Source: a bacterium
GTDB taxonomy: Bacteria > UBP15 > UBA6099
Assembly (NCBI GenBank): GCA_041664945.1
Contig: JBAYJY010000004.1
Span: 1,173-65,172 of the forward strand
DNA length: 64,000 nucleotides
Reading direction: 5' to 3'
Part shown: positions 53,273 through 62,689 of the stretch, in pieces
How positions within the stretch are numbered: position 1 is the stretch's first letter
How the letters are laid out: each line of letters opens with the position of its first letter
The notes under the pieces: generated by a model
Seen by the model: only the letters and a program-made list of their open reading frames with translations
Database searches by the model: none
Told to the model about the DNA's origin: nothing
Made by a program: the position numbers and the translations under genes

Positions 53273-55150
53273 ATGAAAACTCCGAGAATATTTTTTACCG
53301 GCAGATTATTTGCGCTGACCCTCGCGCTGACAGCATTTTTATCCATGCTGGAAATTCTGCCCATGTATATATCAGGGGATTATGATATTTATTGGAGATT
53401 TATCGGAGTTCAGTTTTATGGCGTTCTTATCACAATTCTAATTGTATCCATCCTAAACTTCATACATCGCATTTTGAATAGAAATGATAAAAAAGCATGG
53501 AAAATCGCGTCGGTAATTGTTCGTACGGCAGTATATTTGGCTTTATTTATCCTGACAATTCAAATGAATTACGACGAACATCTGTGGAGTAACAAATCCG
53601 ATTACGAACTTTTCAATCTGATTTTCGTGTTGGCGCCCGCGATATATATTGCCTCCTGTTTTATTGCCGATTCCAAGTCAATAAAAAAGCCGGTTATCGG
53701 GTCGGTCCTTTCCCTGATCGCCGGCGGCATCATCATGACGGCATTAATTTTTATTAAAGGCCGCCCGGGCTTATACGGCGATAGTTCCTTCGGCACGTTC
53801 GGCCTTATATATGCAGGCGCTTTTTTCGGGTTTAACGCCGCCGTCATACGTTCTGTATTGCTCCGCCATGTTTTTGCCGAGGAGTCCGAACGCTGGGCTC
53901 TCAAGCATTCGCCTGATACACCGCGAACGGTCAATGTTAAAGCGCGAAGGATATTGAAGAAAACAGCCAAATGGATACTTGCGCTTGCGTTTTTGGTCTT
54001 TGCCGCCGGTTGGATTTTTACATTGCCTCGGCCCGATTATTACATGACTACATCGGCTGGACCCGGTTCCGGAAAAGTTGTAATTGTCAGAAGCTGGTTT
54101 GCCTATTCGCTGGATGATCCTATGAAAAATATAGTCGATTTCTATAATCATTTCCATTGGATAAAAAAGGCAGATGTGTGGCTGTACGATTTAGATAAGG
54201 ACAAATTAGAAAAGAAGAATTGGCGGTTGCCTTATGTAGGTATTCCTAAATACAAGTATGCCGCAAAAACCGACCGGCTTGTCACAAACGGCTTGATAAA
54301 AACACATGGAAATGTCATAAGCGCTATATGCGTTCTTAATAATAACGGAAAAAAAGATTTCGAATATAAGCATCCCACAATGATCACCAGCTTGCTTATG
54401 TCGCCGGATGAAAGCAAGCTCTTTTTTCAAGACTACAACCAGAAAAAATGGATATATAACATTAAAACAAGAGAGGCGCGCGAATTAACAGATTTTCCTA
54501 CAGGCGCCAACTCGTTTGTCTGGCCGCAAGGATCAAGCATATATTTCATTAGAATGCCGGCAATCGAAAAAGAAAAAGAAAATGAACGGGGCATTTACAG
54601 TTACGACATTGAATCCGGAGCGACCAAAATGTTGTTGCGGCACATAAGCTTCATGAGCATTGACTCCAAAGGGAAAGTTCTTGGCGTCTTAAGCGGCGTC
54701 GAGCAACCTGAAAAAAACAATGCCGAAAGAGTGAATGAGGCATTAATTTTTTCGCTTCCATCAATGAAGCAGACAAGCCGCTTTATTGTGATAGGTTATA
54801 ATCCTCATTTGACGCTTCTTCCCACGGGCAAAGCGGTTATTATACGGGAACTTCTGAAGTCAAAAAGCGCTGAGGATTCAGCCGTTTTACGGGCTGCGAA
54901 AGCAATATATAAGCGTTTTGATTTGAACGGAAAATACTTGGGTGAGGCGGACGTCACAGGTTTTTTCGGCGATCCATTTGAAGAAGATCGTGTATCGGAA
55001 GACGTAATACTCGGTTGGCGCCATGGTTCCAGGCGCTTCTTAGGAATTAATTCATCAGATGACTCTTCAATGGAGGCCGCTCTTTTTAATGTGAAAACGG
55101 GAAAGATAGAGACAATGAGCAAAATCCTTCTGAGGCATGGCGTGCGCTGA
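53273..55150 (+). CDS. Membrane-anchored protein: N-terminal polytopic domain plus a C-terminal beta-propeller-like (TolB/DPP-IV-N-like) domain
   Basis: 625 aa with GC that looks lower than its neighbours. About 7 hydrophobic helices, then repeated ...SPDESKLFF...IYNIKT...YFIR... strand patterns. Confidence 0.6.
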   Translation: MKTPRIFFTGRLFALTLALTAFLSMLEILPMYISGDYDIYWRFIGVQFYGVLITILIVSILNFIHRILNRNDKKAWKIASVIVRTAVYLALFILTIQMNYDEHLWSNKSDYELFNLIFVLAPAIYIASCFIADSKSIKKPVIGSVLSLIAGGIIMTALIFIKGRPGLYGDSSFGTFGLIYAGAFFGFNAAVIRSVLLRHVFAEESERWALKHSPDTPRTVNVKARRILKKTAKWILALAFLVFAAGWIFTLPRPDYYMTTSAGPGSGKVVIVRSWFAYSLDDPMKNIVDFYNHFHWIKKADVWLYDLDKDKLEKKNWRLPYVGIPKYKYAAKTDRLVTNGLIKTHGNVISAICVLNNNGKKDFEYKHPTMITSLLMSPDESKLFFQDYNQKKWIYNIKTREARELTDFPTGANSFVWPQGSSIYFIRMPAIEKEKENERGIYSYDIESGATKMLLRHISFMSIDSKGKVLGVLSGVEQPEKNNAERVNEALIFSLPSMKQTSRFIVIGYNPHLTLLPTGKAVIIRELLKSKSAEDSAVLRAAKAIYKRFDLNGKYLGEADVTGFFGDPFEEDRVSEDVILGWRHGSRRFLGINSSDDSSMEAALFNVKTGKIETMSKILLRHGVR

Positions 55151-55238
55151 CAGGCGGCGCCTGATTGTTATATACATTAACTCCAACTAATTGGCATTGA
55201 GTCCGGGATTGATGTGTTTCTGCGATGAGATGTGAACT

Positions 55239-55372
55239 GAGTCCGGGATTGCTTCGTCGCTACGCTCCTCGCAATGACGTTTTTCTTTATTTTCTTTCGC
55301 TATATTCTGTATTCTGTATTCTGTTTTTATGCTTTTCCCTGTCTACTGTTTGCTGTCTGCTGTCTACTGCCT
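55239..55372 (+). repeat. Composite intergenic element: ~40-bp palindromic head plus a T/C-rich tract with short tandem repeats
   Basis: Head GAGTCCGGGATTGCTTCGTCGCTACGCTCCTCGCAATGACG, then TTTTTCTTTATTTTCTTTCGC, (ATTCTGT)x3, and CTGTCTACTG/CTGTCTGCTGTCTACTGC. Confidence 0.8.
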
Positions 55373-55825
55373 TTAAACAGTTATTTCCACTACCTTCTGA
55401 AAGCTGCTTACATAATAATATTTCTCAATTTCGATTTTCATCAGGACAGTAGTCGGAACGTCGAGGAATCCGGCGAGATGCGGATGGCGGGCAAGAAAGG
55501 CGAGCTTGAAACCGTCAAATTCGTCAGGCGTCGCCTCGGAAGCTTTCCCGATCGCTGTGACGGCTACCGCATCGCTGAAGTCGGCGGCCTGGTTGGACCG
55601 GCTGTCGATCAGCATCGCCACGCGCGGGTTCTCAATCATGTTGTTGTGCTTGCGGGTTCCGCGCTTTGTAGCGAATAGCAGACAGGCGAGATCGTCCGTC
55701 GCCGCGCAGCCGACGAGACTCGTGTAAGGTCCATCGCTCTCGCTGTCGCGCGTTGCAAGAACGCCAAGCTGCTGTTTTGAGAATAATTCCTTCAGATCCT
55801 TCTTTGCGTCGGAGACTTTTGTCAT
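55373..55825 (-). CDS. Pyridoxamine 5'-phosphate oxidase-family FMN-binding (split-barrel) protein
   Basis: ...QQLGVLATRDSESDGPYTSLVGCAAT...LFATKRGTRKHNNMIENPRVAMLID... fits the PNPOx-like fold pattern. Confidence 0.7.
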   Translation of the reverse strand: MTKVSDAKKDLKELFSKQQLGVLATRDSESDGPYTSLVGCAATDDLACLLFATKRGTRKHNNMIENPRVAMLIDSRSNQAADFSDAVAVTAIGKASEATPDEFDGFKLAFLARHPHLAGFLDVPTTVLMKIEIEKYYYVSSFQKVVEITV

Positions 55826-55960
55826 TTCTTACTCCTGCTGATTGATGTGGACTACTATAATGATAACGACACAAACCACGAAGACACAGGGATAAAGAGA
55901 AATTAACTTTAATATGCGCGCGCCACCCATCGAGCTTTCGGTCCAACGCTTGATATGGGA

Positions 55961-56170
55961 ACTGAGTTCGGGATTGCTTCGTCAGCCTTCGGCTTCCTCG
56001 CAATGACGCATTCTCCATTCGGGATTGCTTCGTCAGCCTGCGCTTCCTCGCAATGACGCATTCTACGTCCGGGATTGCTTCGGCAAAAAGCGCCTCGCAA
56101 TGACGCTTTTCTTTTTTGTTTTTTCTTTTCGCCTTCTACCCTCTGCCTTCTACCCTCTACTGCTTCCAAT
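55961..56170 (+). repeat. Three tandem ~50-bp copies of the GGGATTGCTTCG...CCTCGCAATGACG element plus a T/C-rich tandem-repeat tail
   Basis: The GGGATTGC heads start at 55970, 56021 and 56071. The tail reads GCTTTTCTTTTTTGTTTTTTCTTTTCGC, (CCTTCTACCCTCTG)x2-like, then TCTACTGC, the same layout as 55239-55372. Confidence 0.85.
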
Positions 56171-56442
56171 CTATATTACATAAATCCACCCACGCTCCCG
56201 CGCCTGCATGGTGGCGCCTATACGCAGGCAAGCCTCCCGGCCTTTGTGAAGGCATGACGCCGCATCGCAAAATATGTTCCAACCTGAATTTTAATGTCAA
56301 ATATATTTTCACTAAATGAAAAAATAATTAATTAAATTAATTTACAAATTGATTTTGTTTCATATATAATAAATTCGTAAATAAATTTCTTGTGGAAACT
56401 CCGGCGCTGTTTGGGCTCTTTGCCGGAGAGCGGGAAAAGCCG

Positions 56443-58185
56443 ATGAAGCGGCTTCGTGAAGTCGGTCTCGACATAAGAAAGCTTGCTGCGGAACCTGCGC
56501 TGCTGGCGACGATTCTCGCCCTGTTCGCTGCGCTCGCCCTCTTCGTCGTCTATCCCGTCTGGCGCGTTCTCGTCGTTTGTTTCTCAACCCCCCAAGGCCA
56601 TTTCACTTTCGCCAATCTCGCCGGCGTCGTCACCAAATCCTACAACTATGTTCCCTTCGTCCACAGCGTAGTTCTCGGCGTCGCGGTCGCCTTCTGCGGC
56701 ACGCTCATCGGCTACATTTTCGCCTACTGCCTGACGCGCGTGCGAATCCCGGCCCCCGGCTTCATCCGCATGGTCGCCACGTTCCCGATCATCTCGCCGC
56801 CGTTCGTCGTCGCGATGGCCGCCATCCTGTTGCTCGGCCGCAACGGCTGGGTCACCAACGCGCTGTTCAGCCTCGGTTTCGACTCTTACAAATCCGGTTT
56901 CGACATCTACGGCCTGTTCGGCATGACCGTCGTCGAGACGCTCTCATATTTCCCGACCGCCTTTCTCGTCATGCTCGGCGTTCTCGGCGCGATAAACACC
57001 ACGCTCGAAGAAGCGGCGATGGACCTCGGCGCCTCGCGCATCCGCGTGTTCCTGACGGTCACGCTGCCGCTCTCCCTGCCGGGCATAGCCGCCTCAATGC
57101 TCCTGCTCTTCATCGAGTCGCTCGCCGACTTCGGCACGCCGATGATTCTCTCAGGCCGCTACAACGTTCTGCCGACTCAGGCCTACCTGCTGATCACAGG
57201 CGCCCTGCACGACCTCAGCGGCGGCTCCCTGCTCGCCATCATGCTGCTCTTCCCGTCGCTCATCGCCTTCCTCGTCCAGAAGTATCTCCTCGAACGCAAA
57301 TCGTTCGTCACCGTCACCGGCAAGCCCGGCAGCGGCGCCATAAAGGAACTTCCCCCCGCCGCGCGATACAGCCTGTTCGCCGTCTGCATGACATTCGTCG
57401 CGGCGATCCTGATATTCTACAGCATGGTTCTATTCGGCTCCTTCACCAAACAGTGGGGCGCCGACCACACATTGACGTTCAGCAACTACACCGGCCTGTT
57501 CGCCAAGGGTTCCGACAACCTGCGCGCGATTTCCGTCTCGGTCTGGCTGGCCGCGATCTCGACGCCCGTCTGCGGCGTGCTCGGCATGCTGATCGCGTTC
57601 CTCGTCACTCGCGCGAAATTTCCCGGCCGCGGCGCTATGGAGTTCATTTCCCTGCTCACTTTCGCGCTGCCCGGCACCGTCGTCGGCATCGGCTACGTGC
57701 TCGCCTTCAACGAAAAACCTTTCATGCTCATCGGAACCGCCTTTCTCGTCATCGTCCAGTTCGTGTTCCGGAACATGCCGGTGGGCATCCGCGCCGGCGT
57801 GGCGAGCCTGTCGCAGATTGACAAAGCGATCGAAGAAGCGTCGCTCGACATGGGAGCGACCCGCGGGCAGACGTTCATGCGCGTGACTCTGCCGCTCATA
57901 GCGCCGGCCTTCCTCACCGGGCTGGCATACAGCTTCGTAAAAAGCATGACCGCGATCAGCGCGGTCATTTTTCTCGTGACCGGCAACCTGCCGCTGATCA
58001 CTATATCGATATTGAACGCCGTTGAAAGCAGCGACTACAGTCAGGCGGCGGCGCTGAGCGTCGTGCTGATACTGCTCGTGCTCGCCGCTCTCGGACTGAT
58101 AAACCTGCTCGTTAAGCTGATGACCAGCCGCGGGCTGGCGGCCGCGCCAGGCGCCAAACCGGCAACCGCCGCGGCAAACGGTTGA
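56443..58185 (+). CDS. Two-domain ABC transporter permease, iron(III)/thiamine-type (FbpB/ThiP-like)
   Basis: Two BPD_transp_1-like halves, each with an EAA-loop-like block (EEAAMDLGASRIRVFLTVTLP and EEASLDMGATRGQTFMRVTLP). The start could also be the GTG at 56392. Confidence 0.75.
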   Translation: MKRLREVGLDIRKLAAEPALLATILALFAALALFVVYPVWRVLVVCFSTPQGHFTFANLAGVVTKSYNYVPFVHSVVLGVAVAFCGTLIGYIFAYCLTRVRIPAPGFIRMVATFPIISPPFVVAMAAILLLGRNGWVTNALFSLGFDSYKSGFDIYGLFGMTVVETLSYFPTAFLVMLGVLGAINTTLEEAAMDLGASRIRVFLTVTLPLSLPGIAASMLLLFIESLADFGTPMILSGRYNVLPTQAYLLITGALHDLSGGSLLAIMLLFPSLIAFLVQKYLLERKSFVTVTGKPGSGAIKELPPAARYSLFAVCMTFVAAILIFYSMVLFGSFTKQWGADHTLTFSNYTGLFAKGSDNLRAISVSVWLAAISTPVCGVLGMLIAFLVTRAKFPGRGAMEFISLLTFALPGTVVGIGYVLAFNEKPFMLIGTAFLVIVQFVFRNMPVGIRAGVASLSQIDKAIEEASLDMGATRGQTFMRVTLPLIAPAFLTGLAYSFVKSMTAISAVIFLVTGNLPLITISILNAVESSDYSQAAALSVVLILLVLAALGLINLLVKLMTSRGLAAAPGAKPATAAANG

Positions 58186-58199
58186 AAGCCCGTATGGGC

Positions 58200-58267
58200 T
58201 GTAGGGGCGCAGAAGCCTGAGCAGCAGTTGTAGGGGCGCAGCATGCTGTGCCCATCATGCTGCGCCC
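58200..58267 (+). repeat. GTAGGGGCGCAG-type palindromic elements (two heads plus a 12-bp hairpin)
   Basis: GTAGGGGCGCAG occurs at 58200 and 58229. The hairpin is GGGCGCAGCATG-(9 nt)-CATGCTGCGCCC. Confidence 0.8.
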
Positions 58268-58274
58268 GACCTAT

Positions 58275-58357
58275 TTAGCGAAGCGCGCGAAGACGCGCGG
58301 AGCGTAAAAAAGTTTTGAAAGGATTCTAAGGAAAACTTTTTCAAAAGTTTCTCTTAG
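58275..58357 (+). repeat. Dispersed ~83-bp intergenic repeat, copy 2 (partner 1836-1918)
   Basis: TTAGCGAAGCGCGCGAAGACGCGCGGAGCGTAAAAAAGTTTTGAAAGGATTCTAAGGAAAACTTTTTCAAAAGTTTCTCTTAG. Confidence 0.85.
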
Positions 58358-58483
58358 ATAATTTTCAACAAACAAACGTTACAATCGCCGGCCGGGGACA
58401 AGAACACGGCCCGCGTTCATATAACATTCCGCTCCGGCGTTCGGAGTCGGGAACCGAAAAACTAACCAAGGAGACAACTGGAC

Positions 58484-59680
58484 ATGGCAAAAAAAGCAGA
58501 GACAGCAGCGGCTCCGAAAAAAGCGGCCGCTAAGAAACCCGCCGTAAAAAAAGCAGTGGTGAAAAAAGCGGTAGTGAAAAAAGCCGCCGCAAAGAAACCG
58601 GCTGCGAAGAAACCCGTGGCGGCTAAAACGACCCCGACGGCGATCGTCACAGGAGCCTGCGGATTCGCGGGCGGCCACATGGTCGATTACCTGATCGAAA
58701 AGGGTTACAAAGTCATCGCGACCGACCTCGAAAAGGCGCCCCGCGAGTACCTCAACCCGGCTGCGACTTTCATCCCGGCCGACATCACGAACATCAAATC
58801 GCTCGAACCGCTCTTCAAGACAAAAGTAGACAAGGTTTTCCACCCGGCGGCCGTTTTCGACTATGAAGCTCCGTGGGAGCTGTGCGAAAAGGTCAACGTC
58901 GGCGGCATGAGAAACATCTGCGATATCTCCCTCAAGAACAAGGTCAGCAGCTTCGTGCTGTTCTCGACCGTTTCCGTTTACGGACACCCGGAGCCGGACG
59001 AACTGCCGGTTCGGGAAGACAACGTCAAGCGCCCCGGCACGAACTACGAGCGCTCGAAACTCATGCAGGAAGAGATCGGCCTCGAATATGTCAAAAAGGG
59101 ACTTCCGGTCGCGGTCGTCCGCCCGGCGCCGGTGTACGGCCCGCGCAACACCTACGGCATGGCCACCATCCTTTTCCTGCTCGCCAAGTTCCCCATCATG
59201 CCCTTCCCGATCAACTTCGACTCCTACATCGTCGGCGTAAACGTCCGCGACGTCTGCGGCGCCGCCTACTTCGTTTCCACCAAGAAGGAAGCCGTCGGCG
59301 AATGCTACAACGTCATCGACAGCAGCCGCTACTCGATCCGCGAATTCGTCGAGTTCGTATGCCCGCTCATGAACGTCCATATCATTCCGATCTTCATCCC
59401 GCAGGACTTCCTTATGAAGCTGGCCGATCAGGCGGCGGACGTCGCCAAATCCGTTTCGAAACTGATGGGCACCCGCCCGTTCGTCGAAAAAGACATGGTC
59501 TACTACCTGAAGGCAATCTACACTTTCAGCAACGACAAACTCCGCGCGCTCGGCTATGAATTCGAGTACCCGGACATGCTCGACGGCATCCGCGAGACCA
59601 TCGAGTGGTACAAAGACAACGGTTACTTAGACCGCTGGGATCTGTGGCAGAAAGCCCTTTTCACCAAAATGGATCAGTAA
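58484..59680 (+). CDS. NAD-dependent epimerase/dehydratase (extended SDR) with an N-terminal ~50-aa Ala/Lys/Pro-repeat tail
   Basis: Rossmann motif TGACGFAGGHMVDYL and a YxxxK-like YERSK. The N-terminus is MAKKAETAAAPKKAAAKKPAVKKAVVKKAVVKKAAAKKPAAKKPVAAK. Confidence 0.8.
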   Translation: MAKKAETAAAPKKAAAKKPAVKKAVVKKAVVKKAAAKKPAAKKPVAAKTTPTAIVTGACGFAGGHMVDYLIEKGYKVIATDLEKAPREYLNPAATFIPADITNIKSLEPLFKTKVDKVFHPAAVFDYEAPWELCEKVNVGGMRNICDISLKNKVSSFVLFSTVSVYGHPEPDELPVREDNVKRPGTNYERSKLMQEEIGLEYVKKGLPVAVVRPAPVYGPRNTYGMATILFLLAKFPIMPFPINFDSYIVGVNVRDVCGAAYFVSTKKEAVGECYNVIDSSRYSIREFVEFVCPLMNVHIIPIFIPQDFLMKLADQAADVAKSVSKLMGTRPFVEKDMVYYLKAIYTFSNDKLRALGYEFEYPDMLDGIRETIEWYKDNGYLDRWDLWQKALFTKMDQ

Positions 59681-59694
59681 TCCGAACAACACCG

Positions 59695-59723
59695 GGGGCG
59701 CGGCGCAAGTCGCGCCCCTTTTT
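59695..59723 (+). terminator. Rho-independent terminator after the SDR gene
   Basis: GGGGCGCG (59695-59702), 8-nt loop, CGCGCCCC (59711-59718), then TTTTT. Confidence 0.7.
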
Positions 59724-59797
59724 GCTTATCGTCAATTCCATTCTATTAAGCGCAGTCGCTCAAACTGAATTCAATGCCGGAAATGCGGAGGTTGCTT

Positions 59798-60694
59798 ATG
59801 GTCGCTTCACAGTCAATTAACTCGGAAACCTGCAAGGGCTGCGGCCTGTGCGTTTCAGTCTGCCCCATGTGGATTCTCACGCTGGAAAACGGCGGCGATA
59901 AACAAACCGCCGCGGCGATCTCCGAAAGGGCCGGCCTTTGCATGGCCTGCGGACATTGCATGGCAGTCTGCCCGTCGGACTCGGTGTCCGTCTCGGGCCT
60001 GTCGTACGGCCGGCAGATTTTTGAAACCTCCGCAAGCGAAATGGACGGCGAAGCGTTTATGAAACTTATGGAGTCCCGAAGGTCGTGCCGCGTCTTCAAA
60101 GAGCGCCCGGTCCCGCGGGAAACGCTGGAGAATATTGTCGACGCCGTAACCTTCGCTCCGATGGGATTCACTCCGCACAAAATTGAGATCACAATCGTCT
60201 CAGGCCGTGAAAAAATCGAAAAGGCGTTGCCTGTTGTCATCGAGATGTACGAGAAACTCGCGAAAATAATCAAAAATCCGATCGCCCGCTTTTTCATGCG
60301 CCGCCAGATCGCGCCGGAAGATTTCAATTCGCTTACCGGACACGTTCTGCCGAGCCTGAAGTACCGGCTTCCTGACATGAAGGCTGGAAAAGGCGACACG
60401 ATAACGCGCGGGGCGCCCGCCATGCTGCTTTTTCACGCCGACAAAAATTCATCAAATCACACTTGCGACGCGAATATCGCGCTGACATACGGGCTGCTCG
60501 CCGCTCACGCGCTCGGACTCGGAGCGACGGCCATATCGCTCGTGCCGCCGATCGTCAACAGATCGCCTGAACTGCGGAAAATGTTTCAGATACCGGAACA
60601 GAATGAAGTCACCGCTTCAATGATCGTCGGATACCCGAAATTCAAAATCAGGAAAAACATACGCCGCGAGCTCGCCGGCGTCACATGGGTTTGA
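59798..60694 (+). CDS. Ferredoxin-domain / nitroreductase-family fusion protein
   Basis: N-terminal CKGCGLCVSVCP and CMACGHCMAVCP (2x 4Fe-4S motifs), then a nitroreductase-like region ...RRSCRVFKERPVPRETLENIVDAV...APAMLLFHAD.... GGAGG RBS before the ATG at 59798. Confidence 0.7.
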   Translation: MVASQSINSETCKGCGLCVSVCPMWILTLENGGDKQTAAAISERAGLCMACGHCMAVCPSDSVSVSGLSYGRQIFETSASEMDGEAFMKLMESRRSCRVFKERPVPRETLENIVDAVTFAPMGFTPHKIEITIVSGREKIEKALPVVIEMYEKLAKIIKNPIARFFMRRQIAPEDFNSLTGHVLPSLKYRLPDMKAGKGDTITRGAPAMLLFHADKNSSNHTCDANIALTYGLLAAHALGLGATAISLVPPIVNRSPELRKMFQIPEQNEVTASMIVGYPKFKIRKNIRRELAGVTWV

Positions 60695-60751
60695 GATTGT
60701 TGACGAGGATTTCTGTATAAATCGTTCTTCAGTCCGCCGGAAAATATCAAC

Positions 60752-62473
60752 TTAATTTTGATGTTGCGGCTGCCGCCACTTCCCGAGGTCTATGCGGGCA
60801 TAGCCGCGTTCGGATGTGAACATCAGCAGATTCAACTCCGGGCTGTATTCCATTCTTTTGATCTTTCGGCCCGCCTGTATCGAGTCTGATATCCTCCGCT
60901 TGCTCCAATCGATTTTATAAATATCGCCTGTCAGATAATTGCTCACGTACACGAAGCCGTCGGCGCCGACAGCGATGTCCTTGGCGCCGATCGGAACATT
61001 CATCCGGCCCCGCGTCGCTAAAGTGTCCGGGTCGAGTTCGATCACCTCTGAGAATCCGAACGACGAAAGCGGCGTTGTCAGGAAAAGAGAGTCCAGTTTA
61101 TTAGAATAGTTCATTCCCAATGTGAACCATGGAAGTTTGCGTTCGCGCTTCAGGCGCAATTCATCCAAATCATAAGCGCCGACGTAATTCTCGTTGAACA
61201 GGTCGAGAACATATACCATCCCGCGCCTGGGGCAAAATGCGGTTTCGCCAAGCGCCCCCCCCATTCTGTCGTGCAGCGATTCGAGCTTTAAGATCTTCAT
61301 ATCGTCCATGTCATATATGATCGCGCGGTATGATCTGGTCTCGCCGAAACCGACGAAAAGACGTCGCGTCGCCTCATCCGCTTCAAGCCAATATGGGCCG
61401 CCTGATTCGCCGTATGAGATTGAATCGATCAGGGCCAGCGATGACGAATCGTAGACATTCAGCATTTTGTCCTGCGGCGAAGCGACGAATATCCGGCCGG
61501 AAGGAGCGTCTCTGACTATTGAAAACATGCCTTTGTCCGGCTTAATCTGCATGATCGACTTGTCGGCAAAATCATAAGCGAAAGAATCTTCGATGCTCGC
61601 CCCGATAAAGACTCTGTCTTCAATCTGGAACGCCTCGCGGTGTTTTTTTCTGATCGTGTTGCGCTGCTTTTCGGAGAGGCTCGAATTCATCGTGGCCGGC
61701 GAAATCAGTTGTCTGCTCTCGTCGCAGTAATTCAGATAGTATTCCATCGCCGGATTGCTTTCAACGGTTTTGCACTGCTGAAAAAAAGTAAAAACTTCCA
61801 TAGCCGGAACGAAAGCGATACATGATGGAATTATTAATATCTGCAACGCGGCGCTGATCGCCGCGCGTTTCGTTTTCAACGCGAAAAACATGGCCGGCGC
61901 AGCAACCGCCAACAGCGCCGGAAAGAACCACCTGAACATGAAATGCACGATGTAAAACATCGGATACCACAGCACAAGCGCGTATGCTCCGATGCAATAG
62001 TATAAAAACAGCGAAACCCGTTCGCGGCGGCGCGGAAGATAGACAACGTCAAGCAGGCTGCGGAAGACGAAAACAACAATGCAGAACACTCCGAATAAAA
62101 CAACCGCCGGCTTGGGATAAATGGAAAGATTGGGGAAAACCGATGGGAAATGCGCATACAAAATAATCGGCATAATCAAGGCTACGCGAACGGCGGCGAA
62201 CACGATGAAAAGCGCGATTCTGAATAATATGCTTTTTTCATCCTCCGGAGATCGCAGCCTGCTGTCGGCGGCCTTTGCGATTAAAACGAACAGGCGCGCT
62301 ATTTTACGGCCTAAGCGCGCGCATTGCAGATAGAATTTATTGCTTCGTCCGGAAATAACTTCCTGGGAATTCGATAGAAAACCGCGAAATTTCCCCAATC
62401 GAGTGATGGCGCCGTAGACAAGCAACGACAGGAGAATAAGATAAAATATTATCCCCAGCAATTTTGTAATCAA
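60752..62473 (-). CDS. Membrane-anchored protein: N-terminal polytopic domain plus a C-terminal YncE/lactonase-like beta-propeller
   Basis: 573 aa with about 7 hydrophobic helices. After these come repeated ...IFVASPQDKMLNVYD..., ...LFVGFGETRSYRAIIYD... and ...VYVSNYLTGDIYKID... blade-like motifs. Confidence 0.6.
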   Translation of the reverse strand: MITKLLGIIFYLILLSLLVYGAITRLGKFRGFLSNSQEVISGRSNKFYLQCARLGRKIARLFVLIAKAADSRLRSPEDEKSILFRIALFIVFAAVRVALIMPIILYAHFPSVFPNLSIYPKPAVVLFGVFCIVVFVFRSLLDVVYLPRRRERVSLFLYYCIGAYALVLWYPMFYIVHFMFRWFFPALLAVAAPAMFFALKTKRAAISAALQILIIPSCIAFVPAMEVFTFFQQCKTVESNPAMEYYLNYCDESRQLISPATMNSSLSEKQRNTIRKKHREAFQIEDRVFIGASIEDSFAYDFADKSIMQIKPDKGMFSIVRDAPSGRIFVASPQDKMLNVYDSSSLALIDSISYGESGGPYWLEADEATRRLFVGFGETRSYRAIIYDMDDMKILKLESLHDRMGGALGETAFCPRRGMVYVLDLFNENYVGAYDLDELRLKRERKLPWFTLGMNYSNKLDSLFLTTPLSSFGFSEVIELDPDTLATRGRMNVPIGAKDIAVGADGFVYVSNYLTGDIYKIDWSKRRISDSIQAGRKIKRMEYSPELNLLMFTSERGYARIDLGKWRQPQHQN

Positions 62474-62689
62474 CGCCTACTCTCCAACATTTAGATGATA
62501 CAGCAGCGGCGCCCCTTTCGCAACATTGAGTCCAATACAAACCGCCGCGCCGCGCGGGAATTCAGTCGTCGGCGCCTCCTCGAATAGAGCGCGCCCCCAT
62601 AGCGTTTTACAGTTTATGCGCTGAACAGTATAATGCCTTCAGTAATCAGAGGCGAGCGGCGGCGGGCCGCAAACGAACGAGACATCTGC

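Noticed and set aside
55961-56108. A possible small CRISPR array (three regularly spaced ~40-bp repeats with a ~50-bp period)
   Set aside because: The 'spacers' are only ~10 nt and are themselves similar (GCATTCTCCATTC / GCATTCTACGTCC). The whole ~50-bp unit is tandemly repeated, no cas genes are nearby, and a fourth copy stands alone at 55239. It is better described as a REP/MITE-like tandem element.
56577-57821. 414-aa alternative-frame ORF inside the ABC permease gene
   Set aside because: It is extremely Arg/His/Pro-rich with no hydrophobic core, a frame artefact of high-GC DNA. The overlapping frame encodes a textbook two-domain permease.
58379-59380. 333-aa ORF antisense to the SDR gene
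   Set aside because: It is rich in Arg, Gly, Phe and runs of Asp and Val. It mirrors the AKKP repeat as FFxxFF repeats. The sense strand has Rossmann and catalytic motifs.
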